From a virus (Duplodnaviria > Caudoviricetes): a stretch of DNA of 62,770 nucleotides. The stretch lies in the IMG/VR virus record IMGVR_UViG_3300038492_000235, positions 1-62,770 of that record. One strand, 5' to 3'. This document shows, in pieces, positions 40,669 through 48,367 of the stretch (position 1 is its first letter; the number at the start of each line of letters is the position of its first letter). Below the pieces are notes generated by a model, which saw nothing but the letters and a program-made list of their open reading frames with translations, was not told the origin of the DNA and made no database searches. The position numbers and the translations under genes are program-made.

Positions 40669-43017
40669 ATGGCAAAAGGAAACAACAAGGATGCTATCGC
40701 ATTTCTTAAGCAGCATGCCCCGGATGGGTTATGGGTATTAACAGCGATTCGGCCGGATGAAAACTACAAAATAGAAACCCGCACATTCGACATACATACC
40801 GAGGATAAGTGTCTCGAATGGTTAAAGACTCGCAACGGTAAAGACAATATCTACTTTTCCATCAACCAGCCTGAAAACCGGATGTCCAAAAAGGCTGAAC
40901 GTGCTGATATTGCTCGGATGGAATGGATACATGTTGATGTGGACCCTCGGGCCCGAGAAGATATCAAGTCCGAGCAAAGACGGATCAAAAAGTTGCTGAC
41001 TACTGATTTACCGGAAGGATTGCCCAAACCAACATGGGTGATTTTCTCGGGTGGTGGATACCAAGCAGCATGGAGATTAGCAAATGCTATCGAGGTTAAC
41101 GGAGACACAGAAAAAATTGATGAGGCAACTCGATATAACCAGCAGATCGAAATCCTACTGGGCGGCGACAGTTGCCACAACATCGACCGTATCTTCAGGC
41201 TCCCTGGCACTGTCAATCTCCCAAATAGCAAAAAGCGCGAAGCTGGGAGAATTCCTACTGCTGCAAAAGTAGTATATTTTGACGACACGCGCTATCCTGT
41301 GCAATTATTCACAAAGTCTCAGCCTATTCAAATGGCTAATGAGATAACTCACAGGTCAACTGCCCAGGTCAATGTGCCTACTACTGACGTAGTTCGTTAC
41401 GAAGACTTGGAATTTCTTGACCAGTATCGAGTGCCGGACAGGGTAAAAGTTGTAATTGCTCAGGGACGGGACCCTGAGAGGCCGTTAGAGGGCAAAAGGG
41501 GTGATCAGAGTGGTTCGGCATGGCTGTTCTATGCTTGCGTCCAAATGGCGCGCTGCAAGGTGCCTGACGACATCATTTTCTCACTGATCACTGACTCCGG
41601 TTGGGCAATTAGCAAGCATGTGCTTAAAGCTGGCAGAAATGCCCATAAAACTGCTATCAGACAAATAGCCCGAGCTAAAGAAGCTGCGGTTGATCCGAAT
41701 CTCTGTATGATGAACGATAAGCATGCCGTTATCGGTAACTATCACGGTCGCTGTGTCGTTATTGAGGAAATTGAAGATCCGGTTCTTAGTCGTTCGAAAC
41801 TGGAATTTCAAAGCTTCGATGCTATCAAGCAGCGTTACTGCAATCAACGTGTGCAAATCGGCAAAGATAAAGACGACAATCCGGTTTACCAGGAACTTGG
41901 TAAATGGTGGATTTACCATCAGCATCGCCGTCAATACGAGCACGTAACCTTCGCTCCTGGGCGAGAGACAAATGGCATTTACAATCTTTGGCGTGGCTTT
42001 TCATATGAGTCAGTTCCAGGTGATTGCAGTATCTATTTAGATCACGTCAAGCGCAATGTCTGCAATGGCGATGAAGAGGTCTATGAATACGTGCTGAACT
42101 GGATGGCTCGAACAGTGCAATTCCCCGCTACTTCTGGGCAAGTTGCTATTGTTGTGCGCGGTGAAAAAGGAACCGGAAAAAGCAAATTCGCTGAAGTATT
42201 CGGGGCCTTGTTTGGTAGGCATTTTATACCGTTATCGAATCCGGCTCACTTGGTAGGTAGTTTCAATATCCATTTGAGAGATGCCGTAGTGGTATTTGCT
42301 GATGAGGCATTCTTTGCAGGCGATAAACGTCATACGAATGTTCTTAAGCACCTTATCACGGGCCCAGAGATGGCCGTAACGCCCAAAGGGGTAGATACGG
42401 GCTTCTCAGCGAATTTTGTGCATCTTATCATGGCTTCTAATGAGTCACACGTTATTCCGGCATCGGGCAACGAACGTAGATTCTTGATGCTTGAAGTTGG
42501 CAATCAAAACATGGAAGATTTTGAATTTTTCAGTGCTCTTGACAAGCAAATGGATAACGGAGGATTCGAGGGGCTATTGCATATGCTAATGACCCGAGAC
42601 ATCAGTAACTTCTTAGTTCAGAAAGTGCCCAGGACGGCAGCGCTCCATCAGCAGAAGCTACATGGGCTTAATCCTACCCAACAATGGTGGATTCAAGTGC
42701 TTGAGAATGGCGCTGTTGGCGACGACAGTTCATGGCAAAGTGAAGTATTTACTGAAGCTATTTTCGAAGATTATATTGACTATTGCAACACCATGAGAAT
42801 CACACATCGGCAAAGTCCAACTCAGATTGGCATATTCTTGAATGAATACTGCCCTGGAATTGTTGGGGCCGGTAAGAAGATCAGGCAAGTCGAAATAATG
42901 GGCGAAGACGGCATGACCGGCTATGTTCAGAAGCGTAAGAAATTTTACAGGATGCCAAGCCTGGAAACGTGCCGTGAGCGCTGGGAAGAATTGGTAGGTG
43001 ACTATGAGTGGCAATAA
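40669..43017 (+). CDS. Primase-helicase (RepB-like AEP primase + SF3-like ATPase)
   Basis: HVDVD, SGGGYQ, RIFRLPGT; GEKGTGKS, FADEA, ASN. Confidence 0.9.
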   Translation: MAKGNNKDAIAFLKQHAPDGLWVLTAIRPDENYKIETRTFDIHTEDKCLEWLKTRNGKDNIYFSINQPENRMSKKAERADIARMEWIHVDVDPRAREDIKSEQRRIKKLLTTDLPEGLPKPTWVIFSGGGYQAAWRLANAIEVNGDTEKIDEATRYNQQIEILLGGDSCHNIDRIFRLPGTVNLPNSKKREAGRIPTAAKVVYFDDTRYPVQLFTKSQPIQMANEITHRSTAQVNVPTTDVVRYEDLEFLDQYRVPDRVKVVIAQGRDPERPLEGKRGDQSGSAWLFYACVQMARCKVPDDIIFSLITDSGWAISKHVLKAGRNAHKTAIRQIARAKEAAVDPNLCMMNDKHAVIGNYHGRCVVIEEIEDPVLSRSKLEFQSFDAIKQRYCNQRVQIGKDKDDNPVYQELGKWWIYHQHRRQYEHVTFAPGRETNGIYNLWRGFSYESVPGDCSIYLDHVKRNVCNGDEEVYEYVLNWMARTVQFPATSGQVAIVVRGEKGTGKSKFAEVFGALFGRHFIPLSNPAHLVGSFNIHLRDAVVVFADEAFFAGDKRHTNVLKHLITGPEMAVTPKGVDTGFSANFVHLIMASNESHVIPASGNERRFLMLEVGNQNMEDFEFFSALDKQMDNGGFEGLLHMLMTRDISNFLVQKVPRTAALHQQKLHGLNPTQQWWIQVLENGAVGDDSSWQSEVFTEAIFEDYIDYCNTMRITHRQSPTQIGIFLNEYCPGIVGAGKKIRQVEIMGEDGMTGYVQKRKKFYRMPSLETCRERWEELVGDYEWQ

Positions 43018-43256
43018 GAAAATCTATACAGTGCATCAGGCAGGGAACCTCAGAACTACTGAGCTACACCTGTCTGTATGCCCTTGCTGTAAAAGAACGG
43101 CTAATGTTCAGGTTCGCCGTCGTAACACTCAGTATGCCAATGACGAGGCCAACTGGCTATTGTCCTGTAATGATTGCTTTATTGAAGATTGTGAGCAGTG
43201 GGAAGAACGTTGGCATGAGTTACTTTCAAGTATTTATTAAAAAGTGAATTTTTTAC

Positions 43257-43285
43257 TTGACTTATCGATGAGGGTGTCGTATATT
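43257..43285 (+). promoter_or_regulatory. sigma70-like promoter driving the Y/tRNA-Ro60 operon
   Basis: TTGACT-N17 (contains TGAG)-TATATT. Confidence 0.65.
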
Positions 43286-43320
43286 GTAAGGGATGATTGA
43301 ATAACACAAGGGAATGTGTG

Positions 43321-43461
43321 ATGAAGAAATGGAGATTCTTAATCCGAGTTTGTAGTTATTGTTGGTTGCGAAAGTTTCAAGGGTTTACACGAAGCGTAGC
43401 GTTCGGAATGACCCATACTATCTGTGACCACTGTATGAAAAAAGGTAAGCATTTGAAATAA
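43321..43461 (+). CDS. 46-aa zinc-finger-like protein (not in ORF track)
   Basis: MKKWRFLIRVCSYC...THTICDHCMKKGKHLK; stop lies 2 nt before the first RNA. Confidence 0.6.
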   Translation: MKKWRFLIRVCSYCWLRKFQGFTRSVAFGMTHTICDHCMKKGKHLK

Positions 43462-43463
43462 TT

Positions 43464-43584
43464 GGGGCTGTTGCCAGTTGGTTGGCGACCCTTTACCGGA
43501 ACCCTTGTTAGTTGCAGCTATGACTATTGTTGTAGGTAACTGAACGGGAAAAGGTTATCTTTGGTTCGATTCCAAACAGCCCCG
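43464..43584 (+). ncRNA. tRNA-Y chimera 1: tRNA body whose anticodon arm is replaced by a permuted Y-like module
   Basis: Acceptor GGGGCUG/CAGCCCC, D arm GCCA/UGGC, T arm UUUGG-UUCGAUU-CCAAA; insert ~43489-43559 with CUUGU...ACUGA-N9-GGUUAUC. Confidence 0.8.
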
Positions 43585-43591
43585 CAAAAAT

Positions 43592-43719
43592 GCGGCTTGT
43601 AGCTCAGTTGGTAGAGCAACGTAATTTTCCCTGAGCAATCCCTTGTCCCTTGAGGACTGAAGTTTTAGGGTTATCGCATTGAACGCCGTAGGTCGTGGGT
43701 TCGAGTCCCACCAAGTCGC
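43592..43719 (+). ncRNA. tRNA-Y chimera 2 (residual loop AUUGAAC; identity unclear)
   Basis: Canonical D and T arms; 54-nt insert 43622-43675 splits stem ACG|GC that pairs with GCCGU. Confidence 0.85.
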
Positions 43720-43739
43720 CTAAAAGATCATTGAAACAT

Positions 43740-43868
43740 GCTGTCTGTAGCTCAATTGGCAGAGCGCTAAAAACCCGTTTTTAGCCAACTTGTTCCGTAG
43801 GGGACTGATTTAAAAATGGTTATCGACTTCTAATCGAGAGGTTGCAGGTTCGAGTCCTGTCAGACAGC
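43740..43868 (+). ncRNA. tRNA-Y chimera 3: tRNA-Arg(UCU)-like with Y module in the 5' anticodon stem
   Basis: 55-nt insert 43769-43823; removing it gives CUCGA-CUUCUAA-UCGAG. Confidence 0.85.
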
Positions 43869-43874
43869 CAATAT

Positions 43875-43947
43875 TGCGGGATGTTAGCAGTGGTAGCTAG
43901 TTGGCCTCATAAGCCAAAGGTCGCGGGTTCAAATCCCGCTCCCGCAA
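43875..43947 (+). tRNA. tRNA-Met(CAU), initiator-like
   Basis: Cloverleaf, loop CUCAUAA, fMet-like acceptor and T arm. Confidence 0.9.
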
Positions 43948-43951
43948 CAAA

Positions 43952-44075
43952 ACGAAGTTTATCAGTAGCGGACGTTCCATGTAAAATACTAGTTAAGGAG
44001 CAGTCAGACTGAAAAAGGTTCAAGTTGATCGACTGGATTTGCCTATGGCACAATGGATGCCTTGGCTGGCTTCGT
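43952..44075 (+). ncRNA. Unassigned structured RNA inside the Y/tRNA array
   Basis: Terminal stem ACGAAGUU/GGCUUCGU, inner CAGUC/GACUG and UGCC/GGCA. Confidence 0.5.
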
Positions 44076-44081
44076 AATAAT

Positions 44082-44235
44082 AGCCGAGTGGTGGAATTGG
44101 CAGACACGGCACCTCAAAAAGTCTTTTGCCAAACCCTTGTTTCCAAACACTGCTTCTGGAAACTGAAGGTTGAAGGTTATCGGAAAAGTGCTGGACCGTA
44201 AAAAGTCCTTGCAGGTTCAAATCCTGCCTCGGCTA
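44082..44235 (+). ncRNA. tRNA-Y chimera 4: tRNA-Leu(CAA)-like with Y module in the anticodon loop
   Basis: Leu-type D loop, long variable arm, A73; 68-nt insert after CUCAAAA; GGCAC/GUGCU stem. Confidence 0.85.
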
Positions 44236-44247
44236 CAATTGAAATAA

Positions 44248-44314
44248 TGCTGGACTGAAGCATCAGGGTTATCATTCGGAGATAAAAGTCCTGAACGCAA
44301 TATCTTGTTCGGCA
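44248..44314 (+). ncRNA. Free-standing Y-RNA-like element A
   Basis: UGCUGGAC(U)GA pairs with UUGUUCGGCA; ACUGA-N8-GGUUAUC. Confidence 0.8.
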
Positions 44315-44324
44315 GCTATATAAG

Positions 44325-44400
44325 AGAACGGACTGAAGCATATCGGTTATCTTAGACTATTCCTCTAAACGAGTCCGAAACGCAATACCTTGTTCGTTCT
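44325..44400 (+). ncRNA. Free-standing Y-RNA-like element B
   Basis: AGAACGGAC(U)GA pairs with UUGUUCGUUCU; ACUGA-N8-GGUUAUC. Confidence 0.8.
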
Positions 44401-44440
44401 AATCCTTTACCCCATTACTTGCTCTTAGGAGGGCTGAATC

Positions 44441-46033
44441 ATGAGTAATACTTTCAAGAATCTTGCCGGTCACGGTAAGAGAGTTACACCCCAGACAGAA
44501 CCAATCGTAGGTCGTGAAAGCGATATGGCTCAAAATAACGCAGGAGGTTTTACCTTCCAGGTTGGCGACTTTGAGCAACTTCGCAGATTCCTAATCCTGG
44601 GATCGGATGGCGGAACTTACTACGCCGGTCAACGTGCCCACACTTATCAAAATATTGCCTGCTTGCAGCGCTGCATTGCTGAAGATGGCAAGGCCACTGT
44701 TGATCTGATCGTTGAAATTTCGAAAGCGGGTCGTGCCCCGAAAAATGATCCGGCCATTTATGCACTGGCAGCATGCGCTTCAGCAAACGACTTGGAAACT
44801 CGTCAATATGCACTGGCGCATTTGAATTCTGTCTGCCGTATCGGAACGCACTTGTTCCACTTCAACGCATTCCTGAAAGGTATGCGTGGCCGATCAAAGG
44901 CTGTTAACCGTGCTGTTGAAGGTTGGTATACTGCTCGGGACTACAACTCACTGGCATACCAATTGGTGAAATACCAGCAACGTGACGGTTGGAGCCATCG
45001 GGATCTTTTACGGTTGGTTAAGCCCAAAACCGATGATCCGGTTGTGAGCGCAATGTATGCCTGGGCGGTAGGTAAAGAGTATGATGCCTCACTGTTGCCC
45101 AACGTAATTAAGGGCTACGAAACTGCCAAGGGCGAAAGCACAACTCCATCGGCTTATGTGGTTAAAGAGTATGGCTTAACTCGTGAAATGCTGCCAACTC
45201 ACTGGCTAAACGATGTCGGTATCTGGGAAGCTCTACTGGAAAATATGCCTGTAGGTGCATTGATTCGTAACCTGGGCAAAATGACTTCCATTGGAGTAAT
45301 CAAGCCCTTGTCAACTGGTTTAGGTCATGTCCTGAATAAGCTGGGCAGCGAAAGCATCTTGAAACGTGCTCGCGTCCATCCGATTCAATTACTGACAGCC
45401 CTGGCAACGTATCGTTCCGGCAGCGGTTTCCGTGGATCTTTAACGTGGAATCCGGTTCCACAAGTAACAAGTGCCCTGGAAGATGCTTTCTACAAGTCAT
45501 TCGATAATGTAGAGTCCACAGGGAAGCGCTGGTTGCTGGGCCTTGATGTATCTGGCTCAATGTCATTCAGCGGCCATGTTGGATCTTTGAACTTAACGCC
45601 CAGAGAACTTAGCGGGGCAATGGCAATGGTTACTGCTCGTTCGGAATCTCAGTATCACTTCATGGGATTCTGTGACAAATTTGTTCCATTGGACATTACT
45701 GCTAACGACTCAATTCAATCGGTGCTTGGTAAGATCAGCAACTTACCTTTTGGTAGAACTGATTGCTCCTTACCGATGGTATGGGCCTTGAAAAACAAAG
45801 TTGAAGTTGACGCCTTTGTGATCTATACTGACAATGAAACATATGCAGGTGCAATTCATCCTGCCCAAGCATTGCATCAATATCGCCAGAAAATGGGTAT
45901 CGATGCCAAGCTGATCGTTGTCGGAATGACTGCTACCAAATTCACAATTGCCGATCCGCAAGATCCCGGTATGCTGGACATGGTAGGGTTCGATACTTCA
46001 GCGCCAAATCTGATGGCTGAGTTCGTCAAATAG
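44441..46033 (+). CDS. rsr: Ro60/Rsr (TROVE + vWA) RNA-binding protein
   Basis: NNAGGF, LRRFLILGS, KYQQRDGWSHRDLLRL, ALIRNLGKMT, MIDAS DVSGSM, TDNET, GMLDMVGFD. Confidence 0.96.
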   Translation: MSNTFKNLAGHGKRVTPQTEPIVGRESDMAQNNAGGFTFQVGDFEQLRRFLILGSDGGTYYAGQRAHTYQNIACLQRCIAEDGKATVDLIVEISKAGRAPKNDPAIYALAACASANDLETRQYALAHLNSVCRIGTHLFHFNAFLKGMRGRSKAVNRAVEGWYTARDYNSLAYQLVKYQQRDGWSHRDLLRLVKPKTDDPVVSAMYAWAVGKEYDASLLPNVIKGYETAKGESTTPSAYVVKEYGLTREMLPTHWLNDVGIWEALLENMPVGALIRNLGKMTSIGVIKPLSTGLGHVLNKLGSESILKRARVHPIQLLTALATYRSGSGFRGSLTWNPVPQVTSALEDAFYKSFDNVESTGKRWLLGLDVSGSMSFSGHVGSLNLTPRELSGAMAMVTARSESQYHFMGFCDKFVPLDITANDSIQSVLGKISNLPFGRTDCSLPMVWALKNKVEVDAFVIYTDNETYAGAIHPAQALHQYRQKMGIDAKLIVVGMTATKFTIADPQDPGMLDMVGFDTSAPNLMAEFVK

Positions 46034-46045
46034 GTTCTGCGATAG

Positions 46046-46069
46046 GGCAGCGGTTGATACGCCGCTGCC
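46046..46069 (+). other. GC-rich hairpin after rsr
   Basis: GGCAGCGG-loop-CCGCTGCC, no U-tract. Confidence 0.45.
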
Positions 46070-46096
46070 TGTTCGAGGCAGGGCCTTGTATCTGGT

Positions 46097-46169
46097 CTTC
46101 CTGGTAGCTCATGCGGACATAGAGCGCGTATTTATACGAGGTTCCCAGGTTCGAATCCTGGACAGGAAG
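46097..46169 (+). ncRNA. tRNA-like RNA with truncated anticodon arm
   Basis: Acceptor, D and T arms present; anticodon arm is only CGUA-UUUA-UACG. Confidence 0.75.
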
Positions 46170-46180
46170 CAAATTTAGAA

Positions 46181-46939
46181 ATGGAGAGCATTATGCACCA
46201 ATCGAGTTTAGTAGTTGACAGAGAACAGTATAACCGTTTTGTAGAATTGATGCCGGAACTTACTGGCTCTGAAGTATATTTCTTGTCGTTGTCCGCAAGA
46301 TCTAAGTATCTGACTGATGACGAGCGTGAAAAATACAAGCTAACCGGAGCCGAAATGTTCAGTCGGCAAACAGCATTTGATAAGCCTGGGCTTGAATACG
46401 CTCTCGTAAAAATGGAAGCGGAACTTGGTTACAAGAGAACGAAATCCGGCCAAGAATTTCCGGCTCATGCTCTGGTTGTTTATGTGAATGTAAATCCAAG
46501 TTCACTGCCCAAGGCATACGGTAAATTTATGTCGCAAATGGCTAAGATTCAGCTTGAAGCCTTTGAAACGGCCATTACCGGTAAGGAACCTGACTTTAAA
46601 GGATTCCATAACATGCCCAGGAAGATTCTCAGTGCGATTCAAGCAGCAAAGTCTCGTCGGATCTGGGTAGATATCGATATTGATCTGGGCAGTGCCAAGG
46701 GTGATCAACAAGTGTTATTTGAAATCAAGGGGATCTTTGACGAGGAAATTATCATTCAAACTCGTTCTGGTTTCCATGCTTTAGTTGCCAAAGAACGTGC
46801 TGGCAATTACTCAAGAGTTGTTAAAATGATTAACCATAGGCTCTCAGAGTTTGGTGGTGAATGTCAGTATAACAGCAATGCAATGGTTCCTATGCCTGGA
46901 ACCGTGCAGGGCGGAAGTTTAGTAAAATTTATTGACTGA
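46181..46939 (+). CDS. Divergent AEP (primase-polymerase)-like protein
   Basis: WVDIDID, QTRSGFH, VPMPGT match the three AEP motifs in order. Confidence 0.5.
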   Translation: MESIMHQSSLVVDREQYNRFVELMPELTGSEVYFLSLSARSKYLTDDEREKYKLTGAEMFSRQTAFDKPGLEYALVKMEAELGYKRTKSGQEFPAHALVVYVNVNPSSLPKAYGKFMSQMAKIQLEAFETAITGKEPDFKGFHNMPRKILSAIQAAKSRRIWVDIDIDLGSAKGDQQVLFEIKGIFDEEIIIQTRSGFHALVAKERAGNYSRVVKMINHRLSEFGGECQYNSNAMVPMPGTVQGGSLVKFID

Positions 46940-46950
46940 AAGGAACATTA

Positions 46951-47925
46951 ATGGCACTACATCGTTATGAAGATTACCGGCCAAAAACCATTGGCAAGTA
47001 TATCATCGAAAAGGCCAATATCATTTTAGCTGATTGGCATTCTCAAGGTTATGACTTGACAGTCCGACAACTGTATTACCAATTTGTCGCGAGAGATTGG
47101 TTCCCAGGCTCTTGGGTTGATCCGGCAACTGGTTCGACCAATAACCAAAAGTCTTACGAAAAGATGGGGCGAATTGTTAGCCGTGCACGTAAGGCCGGTA
47201 TGATCGACTGGAAGTATCTTGTTGACCTTGGCAGAGTTCCGAAGAAAGCCGGGGAATGGGACAATATCACAGACTTGGTAGAAACTGCTATCAGAGCATA
47301 CCGGAAGGATCGCTGGGTAGGTCAGCAATACCATGTGGAAGTAGCTGCTGAGAAAGACGCTGCAACGAGCATTGTCAATCCCATCGCGCATAAGTGGCAC
47401 ATTGCCTACACTGCCAATAAGGGCTATACAAGTTCATCGGCAATGTATCAAATGGCCCAGAGAATGCGAGAAGCGGCAGCGATATTTGACAAGATTCCGG
47501 TATTAATTTATGTCGGCGACCATGACCCGAGCGGATGCCATATGTCAGTTGATTTGGCAGATCGTATGCGGGAAATGTTTGGTGAGCAACAGTCTTTGAA
47601 TGACTGGCATGGTGGATTTGAGTATGATGATATGCCCTATGCACTGAATAATATGATTGTTGACCGTGTTGCACTGAACATGGATCAAATTCAACAATAC
47701 GAACCGCCAGTGAATCCGGTCAAAGATACAGACAGCCGGAGTCCGGCATATGTAGCCGAGCACGGAGAGGATTGCTGGGAGCTTGACGCCTTGCGGCCGG
47801 ATGTGTTGACGGACCTTGTTGAGACAGCAATTTTAAAATACCTTGACAAAGGGAAGTTTGAAGCCGTTATTAAAGAAGAGGTTGAAGATAAAAAGCGTCT
47901 CGAAGAGTTGCTTGAAAAGTTCTAA
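46951..47925 (+). CDS. TopoVI-A/Spo11-like wHTH-TOPRIM protein
   Basis: TVRQLYY, AEKDA, KGY, GDHDPSG, WELDAL. Confidence 0.75.
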   Translation: MALHRYEDYRPKTIGKYIIEKANIILADWHSQGYDLTVRQLYYQFVARDWFPGSWVDPATGSTNNQKSYEKMGRIVSRARKAGMIDWKYLVDLGRVPKKAGEWDNITDLVETAIRAYRKDRWVGQQYHVEVAAEKDAATSIVNPIAHKWHIAYTANKGYTSSSAMYQMAQRMREAAAIFDKIPVLIYVGDHDPSGCHMSVDLADRMREMFGEQQSLNDWHGGFEYDDMPYALNNMIVDRVALNMDQIQQYEPPVNPVKDTDSRSPAYVAEHGEDCWELDALRPDVLTDLVETAILKYLDKGKFEAVIKEEVEDKKRLEELLEKF

Positions 47926-47935
47926 GAAATAAATG

Positions 47936-47992
47936 GCCCAGAAGAGGCTATAAAAACATGTGATGCACTTACTTGTTTACCCTCTTCTGGGC
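47936..47992 (+). other. Long hairpin at start of main tRNA cluster
   Basis: 12-bp perfect stem GCCCAGAAGAGG/CCTCTTCTGGGC. Confidence 0.55.
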
Positions 47993-47998
47993 AGACTT

Positions 47999-48070
47999 GG
48001 GGCCTTAGCTCAGTGGCAGAGCGGCGCTTTTGCATGGCGTTGGTCGAGAGTTCGAGTCTCTCAGGCTCCA
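47999..48070 (+). tRNA. tRNA-Ala(UGC)
   Basis: Cloverleaf, G3-U70. Confidence 0.95.
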
Positions 48071-48077
48071 CAAGTTA

Positions 48078-48149
48078 GATGCTGTGACCGAGTGGCTAGG
48101 TGTAAGCCTGCAAAGCTTATTCACGTCGGTTCGAATCCGACCGGCATCT
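48078..48149 (+). tRNA. tRNA-Cys(GCA)
   Basis: Cloverleaf, U73. Confidence 0.95.
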
Positions 48150-48291
48150 CAATCTCAAGGGTGCAATTCCCGTAACACCGAGTAGGTGTGCGAGACTGGG
48201 CAGCGGACAATCTTTCGATTGTTGGGCGCTAATCCAACATGGCTATTAGAATGTTCATGACATCCGGTAACAAGGTTGCTGCTCCACCTTA

Positions 48292-48364
48292 GATTCCGTA
48301 GCTCAGAGGCCAGAGCGGGTGGCTGTTAACCACTTAGTCGTAGGTTCGAATCCTACCGGAATCT
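48292..48364 (+). tRNA. tRNA-Asn(GUU)
   Basis: Cloverleaf, loop CUGUUAA. Confidence 0.95.
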
Positions 48365-48367
48365 CAA

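Noticed and set aside
36983-43017. Introns or inteins in polymerase or primase
   Set aside because: ORFs are continuous and of ordinary length with no intein motifs.
43464-43584. tmRNA (5' GGGGCUG)
   Set aside because: Only 121 nt, G3-C70 rather than G3-U70, G73, and no tag ORF.
43592-43868. Chimeras 2 and 3 as tRNA-His because of possible G-1:C73 pairs
   Set aside because: No GUG anticodon and a proper tRNA-His exists at 50996. The extra pair is noted but cannot be interpreted.
43464-44400. CRISPR array or group I/II introns
   Set aside because: Repeats are short structural motifs in two permutations rather than identical direct repeats with spacers; inserts are too small for self-splicing cores; no cas genes.
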